From: Planctomycetales bacterium
GTDB lineage: Bacteria > Planctomycetota > Phycisphaerae > Sedimentisphaerales > Anaerohalosphaeraceae
Assembly (NCBI GenBank): GCA_022615575.1
Contig: JAKEGM010000071.1
Coordinates: 12,164-76,163 of the forward strand
Direction: 5' to 3'
DNA: 64,000 nt
Part shown: positions 37,396 through 47,711 of the stretch, one piece after another
How the letters are laid out: each line of letters opens with the position of its first letter
Position numbering within the stretch: position 1 is the stretch's first letter
Translations under genes and position numbers: made by a program
The notes under the pieces: generated by a model
Databases searched by the model: none
Seen by the model: the letters and a program-made list of their open reading frames with translations, nothing else
Told to the model about the DNA's origin: nothing

Positions 37396-39549
37396 TTATT
37401 TTTTCTCGAACAGAACATGTTCGCCGTATTGGCCTGCGGCGCGGTACCGGTTCATCACAAAGTCCCGCAGGGGTTTCATCGCCTCATAGCGGCGGGCTTC
37501 ATCGGGGCCGATTTGCTGTTCAAGAAATCCGGCATAAGACGAATCGAAGGCGGCAATCTCCTGCGGGAGATTGTTCAGAAGCCGCGGCGTGTCGTTGCCG
37601 AACATTTTTACCGGAACGATTGGCCATAACTCCATCGGCGGGCGATTAAAAGGGAAATGCCGCTTGCGGGTATCGACGATAAATTTCGGCGGATTTTTCT
37701 CAAAATCGCGGACCATCCCCTGCGCCGTCCCCGCCAGCTGCCAGGGCGGCATGGTGTGCATGTCGCCTTCGTAGGCCTTGGGCAGCGGGGCCATTCGCTG
37801 GGCGCGGACATAGATGCCGGGCACCCAGCCCCAGACATAGATGGTATCCTGCTCGGTGCTGTGGGTGCGAATATAATCGCCGACGCTCTGCCATGGATAG
37901 GTTGTATCGGCTTTAACGCGGTCAAGGGCATCGGCGAAACCGCGGCGGCGAGGGGCGTTGTTGGCGGTGTAGTCGGCGCCGGTGTCGGGGCTGTATCGCT
38001 GGCCGATAAAAATGGGAACCGACAAACCGGCCAGAACAACGGCGGCAGCGGCGCCCATCATCAGCCAGGGCATTTTATTGGTCGCCGCGGCCAGTGCCTG
38101 ACGCCATTTCCAGACGGCAAAGCCGCTCAGCATCGCCGCCGACGCACACAGCGGCAGATAATACTGCTCGTAGGAATGGGGGCTGACCCAGACCATGGCC
38201 ATATCCGCCAGCCACCACAGCGTCAGCAGCCAAACGATTTTGGATTGGATGCCGGCGGGCGAAGCGCCCTTTCGTAAAAGCGTCGGCATCCAGACGGTGA
38301 TGGCCGCCAGAACCGAGCCAAGCGCCAGCAGGATGGGGACGCACAGGGCCTTGTAGTAGCGGAAAATCTGGGGGGCCAGTTTGCTGAAGGTGATCGCCTG
38401 CCAGCTGTATTCCACATAGCCGCCTTTGAGACCTGCCGCCAGGACCAGCCGATGGATGCCGCCGGTGCAAATGCGATAGGCCTTTGCGGGGATGGCGATC
38501 ATTGGAATCTCGGACAGATAGCCGGCAATATCGCGGACAGCCGGGACGCCGGCATAATCCGATTGCGCGGTGTAGAAGCGCTCAGCCGCGCCGACGGTGG
38601 CTACGCAAAGAATCAACGCCATCAGCAGGGCTGTCCCGCCGCACACCCAGATGAACCGGCGAACCTGCCCCAGACGGCTTAACAGATGCACCTTTCGGGC
38701 ATAATAAACAGCGCAGAACACGGTTGCGGCGGCGGACAGCAGTCCGATGACCATTTGCAGAGCAATGACGGGAAAAGTGTACAAAAACATATCCAGTCGT
38801 TTTTGCCAGATGAACAGGGATGCCGGAACGGCAAGGCCGGCGGCAATGCCGCCCAGAAACAAAAGACCGTCCGTCAGCAGGATTTTCCATCGATGGCTGA
38901 CGCCGCGGTCAATCAGCAGATAAGCGAGGATAGCCAGGACGACAGCAGCGCCGGTGGGCTTGCAGTAGAACGGCAGCACGGCAAAAAAACCGCACACCGG
39001 CATCCAGCCGCGTTTGCGGGTGTCTTCATGCAGCAGAAAACTGCACGCCGCGCCAATTGCCAGGGCGATCATGTACTGTTCCTTGACGTTGCCGAATTTG
39101 GCAATGAGCGGGGCGGACAGATACACCGCCGCAACGGTCGTGCCGACTGCGGCCGCCGTTAAACCGAAGATTTTTCGCAGCGTGTAAAACATAAACGCCA
39201 GTGCGGCGAATTGCATGAGCGTTTGTATTATTTTCGGGCCGGTTTCGCTGAAGCCCATGAGTTTGACCCCGATGGCATTGACCAGCAGCGTTACCGGACT
39301 GGCGGAAGGGACTTCCTCAATTCCCAGCCGGGCGCCGGCGAGCAGATGCTGAGCCGAATAGACATAGGCGCCGCTGTCGAACGGGTCGGGCGACCGGAAT
39401 TCAATATACCGGCCCAGGGCAAACGGAACGCCTCCCAGGAGCAGAGCAAGCAGAATGGCCGCCGGCCGCCCGGCCGGCATGCGCCTGTGCGGCGCGGCGT
39501 TGGGCGCCGGTTGCTGCGGATGCGGGATTTTTGTTCTGCGGCGGGACAT
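37396..39549 (-). CDS. Polytopic membrane GT-C-fold glycosyltransferase (ArnT/GT39-like)
   Basis: Acidic loop DPFDSGAY after TM1, many TM helices, NVKE, HSYEQYYLP, periplasmic IYVWGW domain. Confidence 0.65.
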   Translation of the reverse strand: MSRRRTKIPHPQQPAPNAAPHRRMPAGRPAAILLALLLGGVPFALGRYIEFRSPDPFDSGAYVYSAQHLLAGARLGIEEVPSASPVTLLVNAIGVKLMGFSETGPKIIQTLMQFAALAFMFYTLRKIFGLTAAAVGTTVAAVYLSAPLIAKFGNVKEQYMIALAIGAACSFLLHEDTRKRGWMPVCGFFAVLPFYCKPTGAAVVLAILAYLLIDRGVSHRWKILLTDGLLFLGGIAAGLAVPASLFIWQKRLDMFLYTFPVIALQMVIGLLSAAATVFCAVYYARKVHLLSRLGQVRRFIWVCGGTALLMALILCVATVGAAERFYTAQSDYAGVPAVRDIAGYLSEIPMIAIPAKAYRICTGGIHRLVLAAGLKGGYVEYSWQAITFSKLAPQIFRYYKALCVPILLALGSVLAAITVWMPTLLRKGASPAGIQSKIVWLLTLWWLADMAMVWVSPHSYEQYYLPLCASAAMLSGFAVWKWRQALAAATNKMPWLMMGAAAAVVLAGLSVPIFIGQRYSPDTGADYTANNAPRRRGFADALDRVKADTTYPWQSVGDYIRTHSTEQDTIYVWGWVPGIYVRAQRMAPLPKAYEGDMHTMPPWQLAGTAQGMVRDFEKNPPKFIVDTRKRHFPFNRPPMELWPIVPVKMFGNDTPRLLNNLPQEIAAFDSSYAGFLEQQIGPDEARRYEAMKPLRDFVMNRYRAAGQYGEHVLFEKK

Positions 39550-39558
39550 AGACGCTCG

Positions 39559-40527
39559 TTATGAAGCAGGGGGCTGGGATTCGATGATTTTGTCAATGAT
39601 GTAGATTGGCCGGTCCTGCGATTCGTGATAGGTCCTTACGAGTATTTCGGCCAGCAGGCCCATCAGAACAAACTGGACCGCCGTGGTCATCAGGATCAGC
39701 GAGACAATCAGCAGCGGGTTGCGGTTCATCGAGTATTCCCGAAACACCTTCATTGCCAGGACGGTAATGCCGGAAATAAAGGACCCGATAAAGCACAGAA
39801 CCCCCAATCCGCCGAAGACATAAATCGGCTTGGTCGAAAACGAAGCCAGAAACTTAATCGTGATAAGGTCCAGGATGACCTTGAAGGTGCGGTTGAGGCC
39901 GTATTTGGTTTTTCCCCGCGTGCGGGGACGGTGGTTGACAACCATCTCGGCAACGCTTTCGCCGCCCCAGCGAGCCAGTGCAGGAATGAAGCGGTGCATT
40001 TCGCCGTACAGGCGGATGGGTTTGAGCGATTCGGCGCGATAGGCCTTGAGGGTGCAGCCGTAATCATGCAGCCGAACGCCGGTGATGCGCCCGATGAACC
40101 AGTTGGCGATGCGCGAGGGAAGCGTCCGCGTGACGGCGTTGTCTTTGCGGTCTTTTCGCCAGCCGCTGACGATGTCGAAACCCTCCCGGAGTTTGCTGAC
40201 CAGCCGGGGGATGTCCGCCGGGTCGTTTTGACCGTCTGCGTCCAGGGGAACGATGATGGCGCCGCGGGCGTGCTTGAAACCGGCGCTGAGGGCGGCGGTC
40301 TGGCCGAAATTTCTGCGAAAGCGGATCAGCCGAACATTCGGCGAGTTCTTCTGTATATCTGTCAGAACGGCGAAACTCTTATCGGCGCTTCCGTCATCGA
40401 CAAAGAGGATTTCGTAGTGAAAATCTTTTAAGGCCTGTACGATTTCACCATGGAGCATGGCCAGGTTTTCCTCTTCATTGAACACCGGTATCACTATTGA
40501 TAACGCGGGTTGTTCAGGTTGTGTCAT
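39559..40527 (-). CDS. GT2 polyprenol-phosphate glycosyltransferase (ArnC/DPM1-like)
   Basis: IPVFNE, DDGS, RNFGQ, DADGQND, HRFIP; two C-terminal TMs. Confidence 0.9.
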   Translation of the reverse strand: MTQPEQPALSIVIPVFNEEENLAMLHGEIVQALKDFHYEILFVDDGSADKSFAVLTDIQKNSPNVRLIRFRRNFGQTAALSAGFKHARGAIIVPLDADGQNDPADIPRLVSKLREGFDIVSGWRKDRKDNAVTRTLPSRIANWFIGRITGVRLHDYGCTLKAYRAESLKPIRLYGEMHRFIPALARWGGESVAEMVVNHRPRTRGKTKYGLNRTFKVILDLITIKFLASFSTKPIYVFGGLGVLCFIGSFISGITVLAMKVFREYSMNRNPLLIVSLILMTTAVQFVLMGLLAEILVRTYHESQDRPIYIIDKIIESQPPAS

Positions 40528-40717
40528 AACCGGCTCCTAAATATAAGTACCTGCGACAGTTCGGTAAATTCTACCGGTTGTCTCTGATTCTGTAAAGAGT
40601 TATCTTTAATAGACCGAAAAGACAGTTGCCAATCCGTTGGTTTTTGGTAAACTTTGCCGTTATCGGCATATTCAAAACAGAAATTAGGGTCAAAATTGAA
40701 TTAAAGGACAATCAGGT

Positions 40718-41875
40718 ATGAGACGGTACAAAACGAGGCGGCTGAGTGTTGTTTTTTTTGCGGTTTTTATGATGTGGCAGCTTGCAGGATGTCAGCAGGG
40801 CGAATCGACAACCGCCAAATTGGAGACCAAGCCAGCCCAACCGGCCCCGGTCGAAACCCCGAAGACGCCTGCCCAGACCGTTCCCGTTCAGGCGGCTCCG
40901 GCTACGCCGGCGGTTGCTCCTGAAAATGCGCCTGTCATCCAGGTCGGGAATTCATCGGTCAATTTTGGTCAAGTCGGACCGAACTCCATTCACAAGGCCA
41001 CCTATGATTTTACCAATTCAGGGAAAACGGTTCTGTCTGTTGCCAATATACAAAGCACCTGCGGCTGTTCCATGCCGGCGCTGACTAAAGACGGCCAGAA
41101 ATATCCGGCCCCCCTGAAAGAACCCATTTTATATGAGCCGGGCCAATCGGGACAGGTGGAAGTTACCTTCACGGCCCCGGCGGTCAAAGGGTCAACGACC
41201 AAGCACCTTTACATTGTCAGCAATGACCCCGCAAAGCCCCGTGCCGAACTGTCGCTTACGGCGGAAGTTATGGTTAAAGTGTCCGTCAGCCCGGAAAGCG
41301 TAAATTTGCGTTTCGACCAGGAAAATGCGGGAATGTCCACCCTTACGGTTAAAAGTACGGACGGACAGGAATTCTCAATCATGTCGGCCTCGATTGCCAA
41401 CGGCGTGATGACGGTGCCTTTCGACGCCGGCGTTAAAAAGACCGAATTTGTTCTGGAGCCGACGGTTAATCTTGATAAGCTCAAAAAATTCAATACCGGA
41501 GTCATCCAGATTAAGACGGACCATCCTCAGGCGGGCATGCTGTTGGTCCGCTACACGGCTCAGCCGGAATACGAGGTTTCCCGTCCGCGGATTATCCTGC
41601 AGAACGTGGAACCGCAAGTCCCTATTGTTAAGGATGTTATCATTCGGAGCAATTATGATAAGGTTGCGGAAGTAGCATCCGTTAAATCCCGTAACGGCTA
41701 TATGACGGTCGAAAGTCAGGAACAGGACGGCAAAAATGTCAAGATGATGGTTAAGATTACACCCCCCGACCGGGACTCCAGTGCTCGGCGGTATATCACA
41801 GATGAGTTAATTGTAACCCTCAAAAATGGCGAGGAATTGCCGATTCGCTGCAGCGGCTGGTTCAGGCAGAACTGA
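40718..41875 (+). CDS. DUF1573 domain lipoprotein
   Basis: Lipobox LAGC; FTNSG..L....QSTCGC and EPGQSG motifs. Confidence 0.8.
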   Translation: MRRYKTRRLSVVFFAVFMMWQLAGCQQGESTTAKLETKPAQPAPVETPKTPAQTVPVQAAPATPAVAPENAPVIQVGNSSVNFGQVGPNSIHKATYDFTNSGKTVLSVANIQSTCGCSMPALTKDGQKYPAPLKEPILYEPGQSGQVEVTFTAPAVKGSTTKHLYIVSNDPAKPRAELSLTAEVMVKVSVSPESVNLRFDQENAGMSTLTVKSTDGQEFSIMSASIANGVMTVPFDAGVKKTEFVLEPTVNLDKLKKFNTGVIQIKTDHPQAGMLLVRYTAQPEYEVSRPRIILQNVEPQVPIVKDVIIRSNYDKVAEVASVKSRNGYMTVESQEQDGKNVKMMVKITPPDRDSSARRYITDELIVTLKNGEELPIRCSGWFRQN

Positions 41876-42054
41876 TTTTAGCCGAAAAGCACCTGATTGT
41901 TTGAAAATAAACGGCATTTTGACGCCCCTTTTTGGACATTTTTTGGGGAACCGCATTGACGATAAAGTGTCTAATGGGAGTAATAGAAAGGCGAAGTTTG
42001 CCTATAAAGGTATTTTAAGACCCAAAACAGTCAAAAGTCGATTCCGGAGAGCAA

Positions 42055-43281
42055 GTGCTTAAAACCCTGCAAATAACCAGTTTGATTGCGGTGATTCTGG
42101 CGGTATGCGGAGTGGCCGGAATTGTTCTTTGGGGGCTGAAAGGGGACCCCGAGATCCGCGCTCTTATTGACAAGCCCGGCGCGATTGAGGAATTGCAGGC
42201 GACTTTCGGTCAGCAGCAAAAAGGAAAAGAAGACGCAGTATCTCCTTTGGTTTCGCAGGCGAAAAAATTTGCCCTGAGGATTGACCCGCCGCCTCCCCCG
42301 GAACCCCCCAAGCCGAAAGTTGACCCCGCGGTTGCTCGTGCTCAGGCAGCGGCGGCCGGTCCGCCGACTCCGCCGGTGCAGGCCTCTTTGAAGGTTGACC
42401 TGTTGGCCACTGTATGCTATGAAACGGCGCCCGAAAAATCCTTGGCGCTGGTGTCGGCCGGAAGTAAACAGGAATGGTTCCGCCAGGGGGAGAAGGTCGG
42501 CCAGCACGAAGTCAAAGAGATTCGCAACGGCAGTGTGATTTTTACGCAGGGAGGCACCCGGCCGCAGGAGGTCTTTGTCCCGGCCGAGACGGGTATAAAA
42601 TCGCTGCTGAAAAGCGATCAAACAGCTTCGGCGGCGCCGCGCGGCCCCATCCCAGGCCCAAGCCCGATACCGACTCCGGCGATTGCCGCACCGAGTCAGC
42701 CGGCTGAAACCGCTGTCACGGTTTCGCAGGCCGGAGCCGCTCCGGTGGTTCGTTCTTCTGCAACTGCGGATTCGACCCGGGCGGATGTCGCGGAACGCAT
42801 TCGTCGGGTACGTTCAGGAGTGTCCGAACAGGTTCCGCAGGATCCGAATGCGGGGGGTGAACAGGCGCCTCCGGCGCCGGCTCACCGGGAACCAACTCCG
42901 GAGGAACAAAAGGCCTCGGTTGAATCCGCCATTACCGGTATTGAGGGAATAATGAACAGCCAGACGGAAGGCCTTTCAGAAGAAGACCGCCGCAACGAGC
43001 AGAAGATATGGGCGGAACTGTTGGAAACGCTCAAAGCCGAGAAGCAGGCCCTGGAAAAGGCGCCTCCGCCCAAGGAATCGGCCCCGCCCGCGCCTCCCGC
43101 TGTGCCGCAGACCCCGACGGATAAGCCGGCCGTGAAATCGAAGGCGGCCAATGCCGCCCCTGCGCCCGTCAAACGGGTAACGGCGGATTCCGAGGACTCG
43201 GGTTCCGCGGCGGGACCCAAAGAAAACGACCCTGCCCCTCCAAAGCCGGAACATCCGGCCAAGCCAGTGGATGCGGGGTAA
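42055..43281 (+). CDS. Pro/Ala-rich bitopic protein, probable T2SS GspC-like
   Basis: One N-terminal TM, HR-like domain (LLATV..S.AL..WFRQGEKVG..VKEI); directly upstream of gspD. Confidence 0.55.
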   Translation: MLKTLQITSLIAVILAVCGVAGIVLWGLKGDPEIRALIDKPGAIEELQATFGQQQKGKEDAVSPLVSQAKKFALRIDPPPPPEPPKPKVDPAVARAQAAAAGPPTPPVQASLKVDLLATVCYETAPEKSLALVSAGSKQEWFRQGEKVGQHEVKEIRNGSVIFTQGGTRPQEVFVPAETGIKSLLKSDQTASAAPRGPIPGPSPIPTPAIAAPSQPAETAVTVSQAGAAPVVRSSATADSTRADVAERIRRVRSGVSEQVPQDPNAGGEQAPPAPAHREPTPEEQKASVESAITGIEGIMNSQTEGLSEEDRRNEQKIWAELLETLKAEKQALEKAPPPKESAPPAPPAVPQTPTDKPAVKSKAANAAPAPVKRVTADSEDSGSAAGPKENDPAPPKPEHPAKPVDAG

Positions 43282-43391
43282 ATGCCGAATGCCTGTAAAT
43301 TCAATTGCCTTGGATTTGCATGAGGTTTAAACCAGTTAATTAAACAAAGACAACAAAATCAGTAAACGCTAAAGAAATTGTGGAGCCGGAT

Positions 43392-46300
43392 ATGCAGTCG
43401 TTCAAAACAAGGATTGCCGGACAGTGGAAACAATGGCTGATACCGATAGGGCTGTGCCTGCTGGCGGCGATGGGCATCGCCGCATCGAGCGACCCAAGCG
43501 GTGTGCTGCGCAGCCGGGTGTATAAACTCAAGCATATCACCAGCCAGCAGGCCCAGGAATTGTTTTCGCAGCTGGGCATCGGCAAAAGCTACAACACGCT
43601 GACCGGCGATGTCCTGATTGTGACCAGCGATGTCGGATCAGACCTGCTGAAAGCCACTGAAATTATCCCCCTCCTGGATCAGGATCCGCCGGCCCGGATT
43701 CGCGTGCTGATGGTCGGTACGGCTGCGGAACCCCTGCCTTCGCCGGAGGCGCTGACGGCGCGGCTTGCCAAGACGATGACCGTCGGTACAATGACCGACG
43801 CCCCGGTCAGCGGGTCCGCGAAGCCGGCGATTGTTGATGTTGTTGACACAAAACTGATTGCCATCGGCGCCGAGGATGTTTTGAACGAAATCGAAACAGT
43901 TGCGGCCGAATGGAAGAAAGAAAATCAAAAAACGGCTTTACCGACGGAAAACGCGGCGCCGGCGGAGGTGATTGTTGAGCCGAATGTGCCGGCTGAACCA
44001 AATCTGCCGAAGCCCCCCGGGCCCGAAGAACTTGTGCCGCAGCAGGAACCGAATGTGCCGGCTGAACCGAATCTGCCGACCGAACCCAGGCCCGAAGGGC
44101 CTCTGACGCCGCCGGATGCAAACGCGCCTTCGGACCGGCTTCCTGTTCCCCAGGTTCCGGCAGAACAACCCGCCCAGCCGGAGACGGAAGAGGACTTTTT
44201 AAGCGAGGGGCTGATGAAGGCCCTGGCGGATGCCGAAGAAAAGACACCGCCGTCCCCGATCGAAACCCCGAAGACGCCTGCCCAGGCCGTTCCCGTTCAG
44301 GCGGTTCCGGCCGAACCGGTTCAAACACCGGCTGCTGAGCCGACGGAATCATTGCCGGCTCCGATTTTGCCCGTTCCGCAGCCCGGCGGCGAAACGGCCG
44401 CAGAACCCAACGAAGCTGCGCCGGCACAACCGGCGCCAGACGAATCGGACGAGATGAAGGCGCTGCAGGAGTTTATCGAGAAGGTCCAGCGGGAAGAGGC
44501 GGCGATGGCCCAGGAACAGGCGCAAGCCGAGGCGAAGGCCGCCGAACAAGGCGATGAGCGCCCCGCGCAGGAGACCGACCGGGTCAATGCGCTTCAGGCG
44601 GAACTGGCTCAGCTTCGCCAAAAACTGACGGAGCTGGAGACGCAGGCCGCCGCACCCCGGCCGCAAGCCGGCGCTGCGGGGTCCCCGGAGGCCGCTGCGC
44701 CGACAGCCGCACCGGCCGCCAAGCCGCAGGAGAAGGTTCAGTCCCCCGAAGCGGCGCAGATTCCCGCATCGGTTGCCGAAAAGGAACTGGAAACGGTCGT
44801 TGATCTGCCGCAGGAGGTGGAACTGGAATCGCTGGTCGATCTGGTGGGCAAACAGCTTGGCCTCAACTATATGTACGACCCGGCAATTATCAGAGGCCAG
44901 AAGGTTCAGCTCAAGATTCACGGCGGCAAAATCAAGGTCAAAGACACCTACGCCCTGCTCGAATCAGCGCTGCGGTTTAAGGGATATATTATGACCCGCC
45001 GGGACCAGTTGGTGACCATTCTGCAGGCCGGCGAACTGGCTACCAGGGCCGAGCCGACCCTGCGCGGGCCGGACGAACCCATCCAGCCGGGCGACATTGT
45101 GGTCGCCAGTATGTTTGCGCTGAACTACATTGATGCGACATCCGCACAAAATATGCTCAAGACAATGAACCTGGGGGCCAGCTTTACCCCGCTTCCCGAA
45201 ACCAACACCCTGATTGTGACCGATTATGCCTATCGGATGGACCGGATTCGCAAGGTTCTGGAGATGATTGATGTCTCCAGCGCGACCCGGGAGTATAAAT
45301 TCCGCACGCTCAAGTATATGAAGCCCTCAGATATCGTCACCAAGCTCAAAGACCTGGTCGGCCAGCTGCAGGGTGTGTCGCTGCAAATCAGTACCTCTGC
45401 CGCCGCCGGTGCGCAGACCCAAATGCGGACGGTGACCACGCGCAATCCTCAAACCGGTCAGGTGGAAACCAAACAGGTTCCGATTTCGGCGCCGGCAACG
45501 GCTGCTGCGCCGGGCGCGGCGGCGCCGGCGCCCACCGCGGACACGGTCTTTATCGATACGGATGACCGCACCAACCGAATCCTGATTATCGGCAAGGCGG
45601 ACCAAATCACGCTGATTGAGGAATTGGTTGATGTGCTGGATGTGCCGCAATACAACCTCAAATATGTTCGGGAATATATTATCCAGAATGTCGAGGCGGT
45701 CGAAGTGGTCAATGTGCTCAACGAACTGGGTCTGGCCAGCGTAACCGTTTCGATGCCCGCCCCGACGGCGGCGACCGGCCGGACAGCGGCATCGGGGCGC
45801 ACGGCGCAGACGCAAACGCAGCCGCAGACGCCGGAGATGGCGATGTCGCCTCGGACAGGCGCGGCAGGCGCCGCCGGCACGGCCGGAGGCGATCAGCCCT
45901 ATGTGGCGGTTCGTCCGGCGACCAATTCGCTGCTGGTCAACGGCACCGCCGAACAGCACAGCGCCATTGAACTGGTGATTGCACACGTGGATGTGGTGCA
46001 GAAAGACCAGCGGACCATCCGCCAGTACGAGATTCAGTATGTCGATACGCAGGAAATCATCAATACCATGACGGATCTGGGCATGATTGCTCCGCAGACG
46101 ACCACCGGCACGACCGGCATGGATGGACGCGGGACGCGGGGTACGACGTCTGCCCGCAGTACGGCCGTTGCGCAGGCAATGCCTGTTGCCGAAGGGGTTG
46201 CGCCGCCGATGGTGCTGCCGACCGCCGAAGGCGGCTCGGGGGTGGAACTGACCGCCGAGTACCCGCAAATCGCGGTATTGGAAACGACCAACTCGCTGCT

Positions 46301-47633
46301 GGTCTATGCCACGCCGCGCCAGCACGATGCCATTGCCCTGGTGATTGCCCACGCCGACCGTCAACTGGATGTTACCACAACCCCCTACGTGGTCTATGCG
46401 CTGGAAAATCAGGACCCGGTGGAACTGGCCGAAGTCCTGACCAAGCTGATTCAGGAAACCGTGGAGGACGCTGCTGCGTCCAAGACCTCGACGCCGGAGT
46501 CCAAGATACAGGTACTGGTGGCTCCGACAGGCGGCGGAACCGCGGCAGGGACGCCGCCGACGCTGGAAGAACAAAAAATCAAGATTATCCCCGACGAGAT
46601 GTCCTATTCGCTCATTGTTTATGCCAACAAGCGCAACCAGCAGTGGGTCGGCGAATTGATCAAATCTCTGGACGAATACCGTCCGCAGGTTCTGCTGGAT
46701 TGCACGCTGGTGGTCATCAACCAGGACGAAACGTTCAAATACGATATGGATATCGTATCCAAAACCTATAGCGGACTGACGTTAAGGGAGAATTCGCCCA
46801 TCGAAACGATTTCCGGTGATTTTAGTGAACCGGTTTACGGGGAAGCGAGATCAACAAGCGGCAATTTCACAGGGTTCCTTAACAGCGATATGGTGCAGGC
46901 CCTGCTGGAAATGGTACAGACGAAAAATTACGGCAGGGTGATGGCCCGGCCCAAAATCCTTGTCAATGACAACCAGGAAGGCGAAATCAAAACTGAAAAT
47001 ACAACATCGATTGCGCAGCAGAAAAGCATCATTCAGCCGAGTTCTGATCAGGGACAAACGATTACGACAACAGACGTAAGTTTCGCTGAATATTCAGAAG
47101 GCGTAACCTTAAAGATTAAACCGCATATCAGCAAGGGGGATATGCTGCGTCTGGAGATTACGCTTGGCCGGTCGGACTTTAAACTGCAGCAGGATGTAAA
47201 GGTTGCCGGGGAAACCTATCCGCGTCCGCCGGATATCCTTTCTACGGATGTAACGACCGTAGCGACCGTTCCGGACGGCACGACCATTATTCTGGGCGGC
47301 CTGGAGGGCGTTGACCAGCAGAAAAACACTACGAAGGTGCCGATCCTGGGGGACATTCCGATTGTGGGCGGGTTGTTTAGGGGTGTCGATGATATCGGGG
47401 CCCAAAGCAAGCTTTATGTGTTTGTTAAGGCCCATGTGCTTCGGCCCAGCGATCAAATCGAAGGATTAGAGGACATCCGTCGCGTTTCCGAAAAGAACCG
47501 CAGGGCGTTTGAAGAAATGGAGAAGAAGTTCCAGGAACATCAGGACTGGCCGGGGATAAAGCCCAAGCCGATGGACCCGGTAAAGGTTCTGGAAGAAGAC
47601 GAAGCTGGTTTGACGCCGGTGGAAGAAAAGTGA
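43392..47633 (+). CDS. gspD: Type II secretion system secretin (very large)
   Basis: Signal peptide, repeated N-domains (DDRTNRILI, TNSLLV), QVLLD, PKIL, KVPILGDIPIVGGLF. Confidence 0.9.
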   Translation: MQSFKTRIAGQWKQWLIPIGLCLLAAMGIAASSDPSGVLRSRVYKLKHITSQQAQELFSQLGIGKSYNTLTGDVLIVTSDVGSDLLKATEIIPLLDQDPPARIRVLMVGTAAEPLPSPEALTARLAKTMTVGTMTDAPVSGSAKPAIVDVVDTKLIAIGAEDVLNEIETVAAEWKKENQKTALPTENAAPAEVIVEPNVPAEPNLPKPPGPEELVPQQEPNVPAEPNLPTEPRPEGPLTPPDANAPSDRLPVPQVPAEQPAQPETEEDFLSEGLMKALADAEEKTPPSPIETPKTPAQAVPVQAVPAEPVQTPAAEPTESLPAPILPVPQPGGETAAEPNEAAPAQPAPDESDEMKALQEFIEKVQREEAAMAQEQAQAEAKAAEQGDERPAQETDRVNALQAELAQLRQKLTELETQAAAPRPQAGAAGSPEAAAPTAAPAAKPQEKVQSPEAAQIPASVAEKELETVVDLPQEVELESLVDLVGKQLGLNYMYDPAIIRGQKVQLKIHGGKIKVKDTYALLESALRFKGYIMTRRDQLVTILQAGELATRAEPTLRGPDEPIQPGDIVVASMFALNYIDATSAQNMLKTMNLGASFTPLPETNTLIVTDYAYRMDRIRKVLEMIDVSSATREYKFRTLKYMKPSDIVTKLKDLVGQLQGVSLQISTSAAAGAQTQMRTVTTRNPQTGQVETKQVPISAPATAAAPGAAAPAPTADTVFIDTDDRTNRILIIGKADQITLIEELVDVLDVPQYNLKYVREYIIQNVEAVEVVNVLNELGLASVTVSMPAPTAATGRTAASGRTAQTQTQPQTPEMAMSPRTGAAGAAGTAGGDQPYVAVRPATNSLLVNGTAEQHSAIELVIAHVDVVQKDQRTIRQYEIQYVDTQEIINTMTDLGMIAPQTTTGTTGMDGRGTRGTTSARSTAVAQAMPVAEGVAPPMVLPTAEGGSGVELTAEYPQIAVLETTNSLLVYATPRQHDAIALVIAHADRQLDVTTTPYVVYALENQDPVELAEVLTKLIQETVEDAAASKTSTPESKIQVLVAPTGGGTAAGTPPTLEEQKIKIIPDEMSYSLIVYANKRNQQWVGELIKSLDEYRPQVLLDCTLVVINQDETFKYDMDIVSKTYSGLTLRENSPIETISGDFSEPVYGEARSTSGNFTGFLNSDMVQALLEMVQTKNYGRVMARPKILVNDNQEGEIKTENTTSIAQQKSIIQPSSDQGQTITTTDVSFAEYSEGVTLKIKPHISKGDMLRLEITLGRSDFKLQQDVKVAGETYPRPPDILSTDVTTVATVPDGTTIILGGLEGVDQQKNTTKVPILGDIPIVGGLFRGVDDIGAQSKLYVFVKAHVLRPSDQIEGLEDIRRVSEKNRRAFEEMEKKFQEHQDWPGIKPKPMDPVKVLEEDEAGLTPVEEK

Positions 47634-47654
47634 TAGGGCCAAGGGCGAAAGGAA

Positions 47655-47696
47655 TGAGCCTTCGGCTCAGATAACGATGATGGGCTGAAGCTCATC
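47655..47696. repeat. Pair of REP-like hairpins between gspD and gspE
   Basis: TGAGCC-TTC-GGCTCA and GATGGGC-TGAA-GCTCATC. Confidence 0.4.
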
Positions 47697-47711
47697 TGGT
47701 GTTGCGATATT

